Positions 24,780-37,879 of a stretch of 64,000 nt of DNA are shown here, piece after piece (the stretch's first letter is position 1; each line of letters begins with the position of its first letter). The notes beneath the pieces were generated by a model. It made no database searches and had not been told where the DNA came from. It saw only the letters and a program-made list of their open reading frames with translations. Origin of the DNA: Lama glama. Lineage: Eukaryota. The stretch is from assembly GCA_028534125.1 (NCBI GenBank), contig CM052816.1, forward strand, positions 17,920,001 to 17,984,000. Direction: 5' to 3'. Made by a program: the position numbers and the translations under genes.

Positions 24780-25692
24780 TGACCCCAGAACAATGATTTG
24801 GGTGCTAGCTAAGTTGAGGCACTCCAGGCAGATAAAACTGTGTGCATCGTTCCTGCCTTGCTCAGGGACCAGGCAGCAGCAATGAGGGGTATCTGTCTGC
24901 AGGTGGGAGCTGGGATAAAAAGGCTAGACAGAACCTCTGGAGAAAGCAGGTGGTCAAGCACAGAATGCCAACGACTCCACCCAGTCATCAGTCCACACCT
25001 GCCCATTCTCACCATACATAGTTCATCTAGAACAGTCCCACAGCATAAATAAAATTTAACACAAAATTTTAATCACTGAGATAAACATAATAAAAAATCA
25101 TCCAATATTGAAGGAAATTCAGGAAAATCATCCAATATTGAAAGAGACAACAAACTCAACCAACGGCAGAATTTATATCTGATGGCAAAGAATTAATACA
25201 GCACTCAGAAGAGGACTTTTTTAAAAAATTACTCAGAGAGAAACTTTAAAACAAAACACATTGTTTATAAACTTATTCAAGTGAAAAATGTAACTTCTGG
25301 TGGAGATTATCAATAGAGAGATTAAAAAGCCAAATAAATAACATAAAGAGAAAGAATCAGTGAGCTGGAAGACTGAGTTGAGGAATTCTTTCAGAATGCA
25401 GCCAAAGAGTTAAGATGAAAAGGAGGAAAGGTAAGTTTAAGAATGTGAAAAATCGATGTAGAAACTAATAAGTTTCTAAGGGAAATTCTTGAGAGGGTGA
25501 GAACTGATAATGGAGAGACAGCAACAAGGAAAGGAAGAACAGCCAAAAACTGAAGATGGATACTGATGAGTCTTCAGATTAAAAGAGACCACTGAGTGTC
25601 AAGCAAGGTAATATCAGGATGCATGGACAACCCTAAAATCTACTAGGAAACTCAGACAGAATACCTCCACGTGAATAAACATCAGATTGACG
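24780..25692 (+). mobile_element. Old L1 5'/ORF1 fragment (host of the ERV)
   Basis: ORF1 motifs aaagaatcagtgagctggaagac, gagtcttcagattaaaagag, and catcagattgac directly before the LTR. Confidence 0.55.
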
Positions 25693-26168
25693 TGAGAGAC
25701 TGAACAGACAGACAATACGGGCAGACTACAAATAAACAGAACTCTCACCCACCATTTGCAGTAACCAGCCCAGGAAGCCAACCCATGATCAACAGCATCC
25801 CTCTTAGGAAGGCAGACAGCTCTCTATTGGTTAGACTTACGGGAAGTCAGTCTGCAATAATCATCCCCAAATGACCATATTAATAACTGATAGCTTTCCT
25901 GTTTCCAACTTAGGACCAACCAGAGGAAGCAAAACATGTACCCCTAACCAACTGCATACATGTCCCACTTCTAGCTAGCTCATCCTCAGCTTTCTCACAC
26001 CAACAGCCTACAATTAGGGCCCAGAAACCTTCCCTTTTTCTCAACTATAAGGCTTTCCCACTCTCCTGTCTGCCTCTGAGTCTCTGTCAAAATTCAAGTG
26101 ATAGTGGCTGGCTCCCTTGCGAGAGCAAGCTCTGAATAACATCTGCTTGGTCCTTGTGTATTTCCATA
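25693..26168 (+). mobile_element. ERV1-class 5' LTR (MER67/MER31-group-like)
   Basis: Starts with TG. Contains ttccaacttaggaccaacc, TATA-like ctataag ~26046, gagtctctg, and caagctctgaataa ~26127-26140. Followed by PBS and gag-pol. Confidence 0.8.
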
Positions 26169-26175
26169 GTTATCA

Positions 26176-26190
26176 TGGAGGACCACCGAG
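26176..26190 (+). promoter_or_regulatory. Degenerate primer-binding site complementary to tRNA-Gln
   Basis: TGGAGGACCACCGAG versus the tRNA-Gln complement TGGAGGT(T/C)CCACCGAG (one deletion, one substitution), a few nt after the LTR. Confidence 0.55.
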
Positions 26191-26338
26191 CCCTGTCTGC
26201 ACTGTGCACTGCATGGACCGCAACCTTCAACTCATGTGGTACCCACAGCTCCCCTTGTGTTTTGCTGACTGTCCACTCTATGACCCAACACCAGGTCTGA
26301 ACAATGCTCTTTGTGTTGAGTTCCTCAGCTATCTATTA

Positions 26339-26685
26339 TGTAGGGAAAGAAAAAAATGTTTTTCTTCTACTCTTGCAGGTTCTCAGCTGGGGTCTCTGTT
26401 AACAAAAGACAGATGAAGAGAAAAATAAAGAGATGTTTATTATTATGTTTATCTCAAATATACATGAGAGAAATTCATGGATGAGTAACTCAAAGGGGTG
26501 GCTAGAATTTGGGTGTACATAGCATCTTAACAGAGAAATCTGTACAGAAATTACAGGACAAAGGGAAATATTTCTAGGCTTCCAAGGGTGGGAAACTGTG
26601 GGAATATTAATATATGGAGGGAAAAGAATGAAATGAAATTTCTTTGTAGATTCCTCTGGTGCCATCTTTAGGTCTAAGTCTAGAA
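26339..26685 (-). mobile_element. MER34-like LTR fragment inserted antisense in the ERV leader
   Basis: tgtagggaaagaaaa...ggttctcagctgggg...aacaaaagacagat...tgagtaactcaaag...gtagattcctctggtgccatct matches the reverse complement of recalled MER34. Confidence 0.65.
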
Positions 26686-27149
26686 CCCTCTTACATGGAC
26701 TTTGTTATTGGTTTACATTTGTTGGCCTATTTGGCCAAACCAGACCATTCCATTTCATCTTTTTTGCTGTCTTTTGTGTTACTGTTTTGTGCTCCAGTGT
26801 CCGAAGTGTTTTTTGTCCTAAGGAGGAGACTTATAGGGCAGAATACAGGCAAAGGCCTTATAAGCCTGTTATCTGAGCTGGCCTCACAGACCTTTGAGAG
26901 TTCTATTCTCACCAGATTGGCGCCCATTTAATAAACTTTGCTGTGGGTCACCAATAGAATTAGGTAAGATTTCCCTTACATGCTGTGTTCTAAGAGGTTG
27001 ACTTTGATCTAAAGAGAGTATTCTCTTTGGTTTCTCACCTGACAGGGGCACGGATTGTTAGGTCTGCATTAGGAAGTGGCCATCTCTCAGGCAGGGACCC
27101 AAGACACAAGGAGTATAAGTATTCCATTCCTGCCAACTATGTCCAGCTC

Positions 27150-28480
27150 TCCTGGAGTCGTCTAGGTCTAAATCCTCTCCACTGCCTAGAAAAGCTCCTG
27201 CTTCTTACACGTACTCTGATTGAAATCCTAATTCTTGCATCTAACTTTCTAAAGGATGATTTGAGCCTTCAAGGGCCTCTCTTGGGAACGTCTAATTTAA
27301 ACAAAACTGCTCATTTGAGAGATGCCTTCGAAAAAAAAGGAAATAAAATTCCACAATCCCAATGAGCAACATTTTTGACTGATATACAGAAGCCTCCAAT
27401 TCTGAATAAGCAATTACTTCACTAACAGATTCTTTGGCCAAAGCTAATGAAAATCTGACACACAGGCAAGAAGGAAGGACAACTCCTTCCCTAGAACATC
27501 CTCCCCTTTGTCCTCTGGTTGCCTCTCTACATCCAGCCCTCACTCTTCCTCTTTGTCTTACTGTTCTCTCTCCTTCCACACGTCCTCCTCGCACTTCCTC
27601 TTGTTCAAATACCCTACCTTTTCCCAACCACTTACCTAAAACCTCAAAGGGCCAACTGCCTGTACAGAACCATCCTTCCCATGAGCTGACTTATGGGCAA
27701 TTGTGGAACTTAAGCCTTGGACCTGAGCTGAATTAAGAGCTATAATTAACAATTTCCCTAAATCCAAACAAGATCACAAATACTCACAGAAGAACTTAAA
27801 ATTCTTTGGGTATATATGAACTAGGATTACCTGACTTACATCAACTTGTATACATGTTGGTTGGAAACTCAAATGCTAGATCCTGGGTAGCAAAAGCTGA
27901 CTGGATTGATCTGGAAAGGGACCTGTAGATCCCCTTCCCCACAACAGACCTGAGAGGTTAAAAAAAAAAAAAAACAGAAAAGAAATTCATCTCCTAAAAG
28001 CCATCCCTGAAACATTCTCCCTTCCAAAACTGATTGAACCACAATTCAAGTATGCAAACCAACAGGATGAAACTATAGATTTTCAGGGTTGATTAGAAAA
28101 TAACTCCTGATAACACTTGTGAGTTAAAGAAGGTGCTTATGTAGCAGCAGCCCTTCCATCTCATTGTGATGATGGAGTTAAACCTGAAATTGGAGCCCTA
28201 ATTCAAAAACAGAAATTAGAATGGAAAATAGCCACTTGAGATAAACTACAACACCCAGCAGGATATTTTAACAGAGTTTTAGAACAAAAACGGAATAAGA
28301 CTGAAAGTAAACTTGGCCCTGCAGATCAAACACCCAGATGGCCTGCAACCCAACCAACCACCTACTGATAAGGAAGCTTGTAGATACTGTTTATAGAAGA
28401 ATATGGAGGAAAGATTGTCCCAGCTTATGGAAGAAAACCAAGACAAAGGAAAATCTCTCACTTAGGATCAATGAGGCAGT
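27150..28480 (+). pseudogene. Decayed ERV gag
   Basis: MA-like NFLKDDLSLQGPLLGTSNLNKTAHLRDAFEKKGNK, a Pro-rich spacer, CA-like LGLPDLHQLVYMLVG...ARSWVAKADW (~27820-27905), and a degenerate zinc-knuckle start EACRYC (~28373-28390). Frameshifted. Confidence 0.7.
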
Positions 28481-28699
28481 CTGCTAATCCACGGAGTTCA
28501 CAGTGAAGGCCCTGGGAGATGGGAGAGTCACATCAGGAGCTTTCTCTTACTTGTGACTCTGCAGGCTGTTATCAAGAGCAGGCACAGGTGGGAAGGTTAG
28601 TGTCAGTTCAAAGCCCCTTCCAGCCACTTGGCCAAAAAAAATGAACACCAAGGCAGAAATATTATGTAGTAATTTTGCTAAACAATGGACACATATCCT

Positions 28700-31035
28700 T
28701 AAACAGTCAGGGTTAATGAACTACAAATACAAAGTCTTTCTCACCAATTCCTGGTGCTAGCCATTTTCAAACAGATAGGAGTGCTACTCTTTCTGCACTA
28801 AACCCTGCCACCTTTCCACAATCTCTTCCTCAGAGTAAACATATCACAGAAGGGGTACGTATTTCAAATAAGCCACAGATTTCCCATATCTCCAATCCCT
28901 TGCCAATAAAAATTCTTCCTGCTCTGTGGTATCACCCCTTTAAATTTAATAAGGAGAGACTTACTTTGCCAGTGGAATTGTAATATCAAATGTACACCAG
29001 AGGGACTATTTCTTGAGGTCCTAGAGGACTTATCTATTCATAATTAAATTGTGTCTGCTCTGAATATACTTCTGCTTCCTCCGTTATATTTAATGCATAC
29101 CACAAATAAGGACCTTGACATTGTCCCTGACACTATGGGCTAAAAAGTTCATATGCATAGGCAAAATAATTGGCATAGAATCTCTGTAAGTTCAGATACG
29201 CCCTCCCATGCCATCATTTACACTTCCCCAATATTCCTTGAAGCTAAAAGCAAAGAAGAGAGATCAAATCTATCTGGAAGCCTTAGAGTCAAAGTCTTAT
29301 ACCCTACGCTAGTCCTTGTAACACTTCCATCCGGCCATTAACGAAACCAAGTGGATGGCAATATCCATTTGTTCAAGACCCCAAGGCCATCAGCAAAATT
29401 ATTATGCATTACTTCCCTATAGTACCTAACCCAGATACAATCCCGTCATCAATTCCTCCTGAAGTCACTTGCTTCACCACGATAGATCTCTGCTCTATTT
29501 TCAGGATGCCTCTAGACCGGGGCAGTCAGTGCCTCTCTTTGCCTTCACTTGGGGAGGACAACCAGTATATCTGGACAGGCACACCCAAGGGGTTCAATGA
29601 AGCCCCCTCCTACATTTCCCAGGTCCTCAATCAAGGCTTAAAAGATCTAAATTCCCTTTGTGATTTAGTGCTGATACAAAATGTAGATGATTTCCTACTT
29701 TATTCAGAGTCCAAAGAAGCCTATGAAAAGGATGCCATTTACTTGCTCATCAAGTTTGACATCAAGTTTGAAAAGATAAATTTGAATTCTGCCAAACAGA
29801 TTATTATTTAGGATGTGACCTATTTAAGAGAGAAAAATTACTCTCTCCTGATGGACTGAAGTCTGTTCAAATGTATCTTAGACTGCTCACAAACAACAAC
29901 TGAGGGAGCTTCTAGGTTTTACTGGATATTGCAGAAAACGCATGCCAGATTTTTCTGAAATTGCAATGCCTCTTTATGAATTGACCAAGTCCTCAGTAAG
30001 AGCCTCTCTGCTCTGAGAGCTCAAATGAGAACTGCACATAGATAACCTGTAGAAGTCTCTTCAACAGCCTCCTTCCGAAAGCATCCCTAACCAGAAAAAG
30101 CTGCTTCATCCATTTGCATATGCGCAATCTCAACAAGCTCTCAGGGTTTTAACTCAACCCCATCTGCACCATCAAAAACACACTGCTTTGGTACAGCCTC
30201 ATGGTTGACTTTGCTGCAAAGGCCTATCCTCCTCATCTTAAGGCAAGAGCTGCCGCTTCAGCACTTGATGGTTCTGCTGAACCAGTCTAGGCTCGCCGCT
30301 TGACCTCACAGGTCCACATGCAGTACAGACATTACTGACAACTCACAGCACTTGTCAGCCAACTGATGAACCTCTTATGAAATTCTATTACTCTCTCTCT
30401 CTCGCTTTACCGTTCACCACTGCTTCACCCTGAATCCTGCCCCTACAAGAGGGGGAGCCTCATCATCATAGTACTTCAATTAAGAGACTCTCTGCGCCTT
30501 GCTCAGATTTAGTAGAGACGTCAATTGAGAACCTTAGCTGACTGTTATTTGTTGATGGATCGAGCCTCAAAGTGAAATTGGAGATTATCAAACAGGATAT
30601 GCTACCACTAATCCAAGCTCTGCCTTAGCATACAGCCCTCTACCTACGGTAAAAGCAGCCCAGATGGCAGAAATTACTGTGCTCAGTAGAGCTTTCCAAC
30701 TAGCCACAGACCAGAGAGTAAACATATACACAAATAGCAGGTATGCTTAAGAGTGGTACACGGCTTTGGGATGCTTTGGAAACAAAGGGGGTTTCTCACC
30801 TCTGCAGGAAGCCCCATCAAAAATGGACAGCAAGTTAAGCAACTTCTAGCCTCACTCTTGCTTCCTAGAGAGGTGGCTATTATAAAGGCTGAGCCCACAT
30901 AAAAAGAGATAAAAGGAAATACTGTAATAGATCATTGTGCCAAACAAGGTATTTAACCAAGGTCAGGACCCCATCTAAACCCTCAGAGGATACATGTCTG
31001 GAGACAATCAAAAAGGCCGTTATAAAATATCAATG
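28700..31035 (+). pseudogene. Decayed ERV pro-pol (protease, RT, RNase H); integrase, env and 3' LTR absent
   Basis: Protease-like ATLSALNP ~28780-28806. RT ORF 29404-29811 (VPNPDT, FTTIDLC, PKGFNEAP, IQNVDDFLL with YVDD changed to NVDD at 29680-29691). LGFTGYC connection region. RNase H motifs LFVDGS, AAQMAE, VNIYTNSRYA, WKQRGFLTSAGSPIKNGQ. Confidence 0.88.
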
Positions 31036-31039
31036 CAAC

Positions 31040-31230
31040 AACAACCAACAAGGATCTACAGAAGCAGAGGTAAGCTTTCAAAAGGAGTTCATCTGAAACA
31101 AAGTGACATAGGAAGAAGGAAAATAAAGGAATGAAAAAAAATGCAAGCAAGCAATAACATGAAATTTAATTGCTAATGTATGATAAGGCAGAAAGAAGAC
31201 GAAATAAAAATATTTTATACTCATTAAAGA
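31040..31230 (+). mobile_element. Old L1 ORF2 N-terminal fragment
   Basis: HLKQSDIGRRKIKGMKK-like segment, paralogous to the L1 endonuclease start at ~16170-16250. Confidence 0.5.
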
Positions 31231-31922
31231 AAAACCAACCACAAACCTTTTACAGTCATGAGCAGTCCCACCTGGTTTGGGGGTATTTTTCTGAGTCTGT
31301 TGTCTGCTTGGTACTGGGTCTTCCCTTTCCCCTGCTTCTCAGAGATAACCTCTCTCTTGTGCTTCTCCCAACATGTGCCACTGCTATGTTTCCTTGACAC
31401 TTGTTAGTGTGGTGGTGAGAGATGCAGGGACGGAGATGTTCTCTGATCCCGGACTGAGGCTCAGCCACGGGCAGTCACTGTGCACCCGGGACAGGGGCGT
31501 GGCCTCACAAGTGGTCTTGCCCCTCCTCCAGGCCCAGTGCTCAGCTTTACACTATGCCTGCCCTCCTCCCAGGAGTAGAGCTTTTTCTCTTCCCCAAATC
31601 CAGCTCCAGCCCTCTCTTCCTCAGCAAGATTAGGGCCTTGTTTCATAGGGGAGACAGGTCTCAGAGGAGTTTCAGCAGGGCTGCCATCCGCCTTCCCCGG
31701 CCACCATGGAGCTGAACATTCCTGAGAGAAACACCTCTGTAAGACTCTGCAAACCTTCCTTATGTCTGGGATTCACACTCTTCACAGAGCCCGCTCCCAG
31801 CCTTTAGGAATTTTTTTTAAAGTTTCTGTCTGAGTCTCCTGCGGACTTCTGTAATACCTGGTAGTCTGTCTCAGGGAAACAGCTGCAGACTGTTAGATAC
31901 CTGCAGACACCTGTCTCTCCAG

Positions 31923-32471
31923 TGACAACACTGAACTTTACCTCAGCCCTGTGCTCCCATCAAACAGCAACAGTTAAGAAATCCCCCCACCATTCTGTGT
32001 TCAAATGATTACCACAAAGAACCAGCCTTCCCCGCGTGACTCAGATAAGACTTACTCTTTGTCATGACTGGCTTAGGACACAAGATGACTCCTGTGTTTA
32101 CCAGAGACAGGGCCAGACACAGCCTTTTGCCTGAACCTGCTGACAAAGCCAGACATAGACTCTTCCCCTTTCACCCCAGGCCACCTTCCCTTTCTTTGCC
32201 TCCTGAGTGAATAGCCAAAGTTAGAACTGTTTGTCCCTCTGAAACCAGCCAGACACAGAAATGAACACTTCGACTTCAGCTGAGGCTGCCCCTGATTGCA
32301 AAACAATCCTGCCTGCAAATCCCCCACCTATAACCTGTCTATCACCCCCTGCAGAAGTCTAAGGTAAAGCCACCCCTGAGAGTCCTGATCTTTGAATCTA
32401 GGTGCTGTCCCTTTAGCCATAGTCTGAATAAAATCATCTCCTTAACAGCCCCATGCTTTATGTCTTTGACA
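31923..32471 (+). mobile_element. Solo LTR (MER90/MER110-like ERV1)
   Basis: TG...CA ends. aagaaccagccttcccc, agataagact and repeated gccagacaca motifs. AATAAA ~32427. Possible 4-bp TSD ccag/ctag. Confidence 0.7.
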
Positions 32472-32609
32472 CTAGATTTCAGGTCAGTTATTTGCCTTAT
32501 AACCTCAGCTCTCTCAAAGATCAAGAAAAGACGCTCATTTGCAGGTGAAAATGTGGGAACAGGGCTGCAATCAGCTCTCTAGATCTCTGAGGCAAAACAA
32601 GAAGTCTTA

Positions 32610-33000
32610 ATTCTCTTATTTACCACTTTCAGGTGACCCATAGGGTTTTTTTTTAAAACTACCACTATGAACTAATGGATTTTAAGACTTCCAGGTTTTC
32701 AAGATTGCAATTATTCTTTTTACCCTTAACTTTCCCTAACCTTTTGATACAATGCAGTAGTCTTTGAAAGCCTCCTTGCTTTCAGTACAAGATATTCCAG
32801 CCTCACCCTGTGTACCTCCTACCCCAGAGCCGGAATCAGCGATTTCTCTAGGAAACCTTGTTTGTTTTCCCAGGAAATGGTATTTTAAGACCGCAGTCTG
32901 GGCCCTAGTAGTATTCTAACTCTTTATGTGCAATATACATTCATGTATGCTTCTCCTAAGTCAAAAATACAGGAATAATAAATAGTGTTACTCATAGTAT
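32610..33000 (-). mobile_element. L1MC-like 3' UTR fragment
   Basis: acaagatattccagcctcacc...ggaatcagcgatttctct...ggaaatggtattttaagaccgcagtctggg. Confidence 0.6.
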
Positions 33001-33309
33001 TATACTAATTAAATGAATCAAAGATATAATAAAGACCTGATAAAGGTTAGCCATTTCATTTGTTCAAAAAATATTTAATGAGCACATTCTTTGAGCCAGA
33101 CATGTTTGGGTAGTGGAGGGAAAAAAAAATCATTTGCCTGTATAGGATGTATATTCTACTGAAGAAAGGTAAATAATAAGTAATAAAATAAATAGTTAAT
33201 ATGGTAAGTGTTATGCGGGAAACCAAGGCAAAGAAGAGGTTTTACCAGAGTGCTATTGTTATTTGCAGTAATACTCTTATTATTATATTTATGTGACCCA
33301 CTCCAAGTA

Positions 33310-33631
33310 CAGCTGTCATTCAGTATCCTCGGGGGGGGGGGGGCGGTTGGTGTCACAACCATCTTATATACCAAAATCTGTACAGGCTCAAGTTTCTTAT
33401 GTAAAATGGCGTAGTATTTGGATATTAACCATATTCTCCCATATACTTTAAATCATCTCTAGATAACTTACAATACATAATACAATGTAAATGCTATGTA
33501 AATATTTGCCTGTGTACAGCAAACTCAAATTTTGCTTTCTGGAACTTTTGGGATTGTTTTTTCAAATATTTTTTGATCTGCAGTTGGTTGAACCTGTGGA
33601 TGTGGAACCCATGGATACGGAAGGCCGATTG
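33310..33631. mobile_element. MER2B-like Tigger (TcMar) MITE
   Basis: TA TSDs at 33308-9 and 33632-3. TIRs cagctgtcattcagtatcc / ggatacggaaggccgattg. Interior atactttaaatcatctctagat. Confidence 0.85.
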
Positions 33632-34904
33632 TAACGCAACTGGGCAGACAAATGTAACTTCTAAATGCAAAAAGGACCTATTGTCAAGGTCCTACCAAGC
33701 CTCCTTATTTAAATGCATCATAGATAAATGATTTTGTAAAGTCTGCACATCTCCTCTTCCTCAACCACATCCAGTGGGTAAGATGCCATCATGGACCAAG
33801 TTTGCCTGAAGAAAGAGACACCTTCATACTGGAGAGGAGGGACACATGGGCTTTGCAGGTCCTCCCTCTCATGCTGCAGAGATACGAGGCACAGGGATAT
33901 GGCAATCCCCCTCTGGACAGGTGACGTACATCTTAATAACATATCTATTCCATGTTCCCCCTCTTCCCAATAAAGATGAAGTGGTGAATAGAAGAGCCAT
34001 CCTTTTAAGAGGTAATATAACCCCCCAGCTCTGTCTCCTCATCCCCCCTGACGGGTCCTTGGAGACCCTCTGGCTCCCCTTGAAAACATTCTGAAGGGAG
34101 CTATAGCACATCAGTACAAGGAAGTTTTTATTTTAATCTCTACTGACATACCATCAAAGAACCAAATAAAAACACTTTATTTGGTGATGCTTTCTTAAGG
34201 CACCAACTATTTGTGAAAAACATTTAAGTGCCAGGGAAGAATGACAGCCCTGACCACATTTCCAATGTATCCGCATAAGAAATAGAAACATTGCTGCCTG
34301 AATGCTATAAAGTATTTTTATTGAGCTCTAAATTATCTTGGCATACAGTAAGCCAGGCACTAGAGACAAATTTCTGAGATTGCGTATATATCAATATAAT
34401 AGACAGTCCAATCTATTTCTAGGGTAATCGTTGTGTATATCTTAAAGATACATTTTTATTAAAAATGAGATTTATTTTATATGAATAGCATTGCGAAGGT
34501 GCTGCCCAATGGTATGGCAGCAACTTTTTTCAGTTGGTACTGCAGATTAGTGTGTTTTGGGTACCAGGTCACTCTAAAATCCCCAAAGTTTTGGCTATTA
34601 GATTCCTGGATCTCTTTTTAAAATTTCCTTAGCTGCCCTTTAAAATGATGCAGACATTGGGGACTTGTAGTAGTGACGTTCTGGGTTTAAGCCTCTGCCT
34701 TCCCTATTTGCCATGACAAAACAGGGCTCATATCCTGAGAAATCTGAATCCACAGGTGATGTTCCATCTCTGAAATGTGTGCAAAGTGTGCCTGTTGTTT
34801 CCTTTACTTATTACTCTGTCCACTAGACTGTGGAATTCTCAGTTTGAGCTGCATCTCATTTATCTCTTATCCCCAGGTTCCTGAACCTGCCTTACCATTA
34901 GGAA

Positions 34905-35165
34905 CCAACAAACTAGTGGTTACCAGTGGGGACAGGGAGGAGAGGAGGGGCAATATAGGGGTAGAGGAGTAAGAGGTATAAACTATTAGGTATAAAATAT
35001 GTTACAAGGATACATTGTACAAAATGGGGAATTACAGCCAACAATTTATACTAATTATAAACGGAGAATAACCTTTAAAAACTGTGAATCACTATATTGT
35101 ACACCTATAACTTATATAATACTGGACAGCAAGTACACTTCAATTTAAAAAAAAAGAAAAGAAAG
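34905..35165 (+). mobile_element. Laurasiatherian-type L1 3' end with poly(A), inserted in an L2 terminus
   Basis: aaactagtggttaccagtggg...tgtgaatcactatattgtacacct...cttcaatttaaaaaaaaa. Confidence 0.8.
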
Positions 35166-37879
35166 TAAATCAAATAAATGAATGGTGGTAACTGTACTAG
35201 TTTGTGCCTTTATTAAACTTCTTTCTTACAAATAGCACCTGCCCAAAGCATTTTCTGCTTCATGTAGACTGGTCACCTGCGTCTTCCCTACACAGACCAT
35301 GGTCTTTCCCACTGCCAAGCCTTTGCTCATACCATCAGCTCTAGTAGAACATCCTTTCCTCCCATCCTCTGGGAAATTTTCTCCTATGATGTTTATCTTA
35401 CAGGGTTATTCAGAGGCTGGAATCCGACAAAACATGTAAACACATTTAACAGATGCTTGTCTCAGTAAACCTGAGTTTCCTCACGGTCACAGAACTTCAT
35501 CACTCTCTGAACTTCTGAGGACCATGTCTGGGCCATGTAATTCAGCTCTTGGGTAAACACAGTTTCCTACTGCCCAGGAATTACTTCTTCTAGGTCTGCT
35601 TGGTCTCCCCAGCTCGGCCCTTAGAGGATCAGCCTTCACCTCCTTGTGTTTATCAGGGCATCTAGAACACAGTAAGTCATCTGGCAGGAACTCAACAAAA
35701 GGTGGCCAGCTGCCTTCCTCATCTGCACTCCTTCTCCTTATCCTGTGGTAGACATGTCTGAGGGGGCAGTCTAATTTGTCCCCCACCCACTGTCTTGCTT
35801 TACTCTGTGATCTTGCCTATCTGGGCCACAGCAATGAGGACCAAGGGTGGAAGGCTGGGTCAATCAGGTCCTCTCACACAGGGTTAAATGGAACTGAAAG
35901 ATATTCTAGAAGTTTTGGGAGTGCTGAGGTAAGAATAAGTAACCCTGACTCTGTGGGCACCCACATTCCACCCTGCAGATTGGACAAAGCAATCGTCATA
36001 TGGAAAGAGAAGAGGAGGAAGCAGTTAAGTAGCCAAGGGTAGAAAACAAGAGATGGAGGGCGTGCTACCCAGTTTCCAGATCCCAGTTCTGCTAGTTCCC
36101 CTCCCAAGGCCCAGACACCTTTCTGCTTTGGGTTGTGTGAGATGCTCCTCTTCTTTCATTAAATCCCTCCCCACCCCTCTAGCCAAGCTGGCTTACAAGT
36201 CAAAGATTCTTATTTGATATCTTCTTTGTTTCCCTGTCTGCCAATACATAAAAGAGCAACCGTGGGGGACTCTGAGGGTGTGGGGTGCTGGGATTTCTCT
36301 GTCTTACCTTAAAATTATCCAGGGACTAGCAGGGGACTTGCTCAGTATTACCAAAGCAATTCAAGGTCTTGGTCAAGGACTCAAGAGTCTGCTCTTCACC
36401 CAGCGGTCTTTCAGCTAGACTGTGAGACTGCTTCAGCCCTCACTTCTGGGGATGTAAGTAACCTCTCAACTGGCCTTTGAGGATGTGACGGAGGAATGAA
36501 AACTGCCTTGAGATGAGAAGAGTAAGAGAACTGTGAGATACGAACTTGGTGACAGACGAAAGACACCGTGTTTGAGTCAGAGGACAGGAAAGTCTAGAAC
36601 CCTGGGGGAAGCAGCAGGGTCACTGGGGTGGAGAGCAAGCAGTGCCCAAAGAGCCTTAGGGAGTCACTCAGGGAACCAGCAGGGAGGCCGGCCTTAAAGA
36701 CCCAGGTGCAGATGTAGGGGGCCACCACGGCCTGACTTTCTAGTTTGGTCAAGCAACATAAAATATAGGCACTTTTCAGGAAAGTCAGATAAGTGGAGAA
36801 AATAGAATTTTTCAAGGATAATCATTCTACCTGCCAGAGATCTCTATGTTACTGTTTGTCTTTATACAGAGTTTTCTGTGAATTTTGCTTTTGTTCATTT
36901 GCCTAATTATAACCACACTACAAATACAAATCTGTCGTATTCAGCCATTCCCATTGGCCGACATCGCTGCTCTTTCTGTGCCTAATTAGGCGGGCAACCA
37001 GTGAGGCACTGAAGTGGTAGAACCTCGGAGTGATGGACTTTGTGGAGAAGAATCAGAAAAGTCTGGAGGAGAACTTGCCCAGGTGGGACACCACTGTGAA
37101 GGTCTCTAGGCAGCTGGGCAGGGAGTCAGAACAAGCAGAAGATGCCTGCAGCAAGGACTGACAGAGAAAGAGGGCTGAGAGGACCAGCCAGATGCTCTGG
37201 GCCCAGAGAAAAGGATGCTATCAGCTTTCAGGATACAGCTGATATAGGACAACACAGAGCTCTTTGTCTAATGGATCCAGGTCAGGGGTAAGGGAGAGGG
37301 GGGAGGTGTGGGAGAGTGGAAGGTGATAGTAGCCTGGCCATTTGGAAATCAACTTTGTCTCTGCACTATACCTGTTCTTGGCCAGCAGTGGCTCCCCTGA
37401 TCATTGGTTCTTGAGAGCATCATAATATAGGTACAGAACTGTGCCAAGAGCAATGGCTTCAAAGCCAGAGAGACAGACTTGAGCTCAAATCTATTCTTTA
37501 TAGGAGGTATGGCATGGGGCTCCTTTATTGTCTTTCTCCTAATGCAGCAGATATGAGGACTAAAGGGGCTAATCTTGGGCTGCAGTGCCTGGCCCAGTGA
37601 CCTGAATACTGTGCTCATGGTCTCAACCATGCATCCTCATGTTAAAGAATAAAGGAGAAGAGAGGGAATGCAGGAAAGAGATGTTGATCTCAGACAATGC
37701 CTGAGATCCTTAATGCCGGGAAATGTGCACGAGCCCTTGGACCCCTAGAAGCTATTCAAAGGACACAGGAAACAAGCATTCTTCCTTGAGTGAGTTGAGG
37801 GTCAAAAGCAGAAAAGAATGTTTTAAGACAGGATAAGGAAGAGGTGAGGTGGGGGTTAGGGAGGATAGAGAGAGAAAGC

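Noticed and set aside
31923..32471. 3' LTR of the provirus at 25.7-31.0 kb
   Set aside because: The sequence does not resemble the 5' LTR; it is an unrelated solo LTR.
33718..34111. Minus-strand coding exon(s) (…SMMASYPLDVVEEEEMCRLYKIIYL)
   Set aside because: Acceptor-like sites exist, but there is no recognisable protein, no linked coding exons and no downstream poly(A) signal.
35487..35786. 99-aa minus-strand ORF
   Set aside because: No recognisable homology or supporting exon structure.
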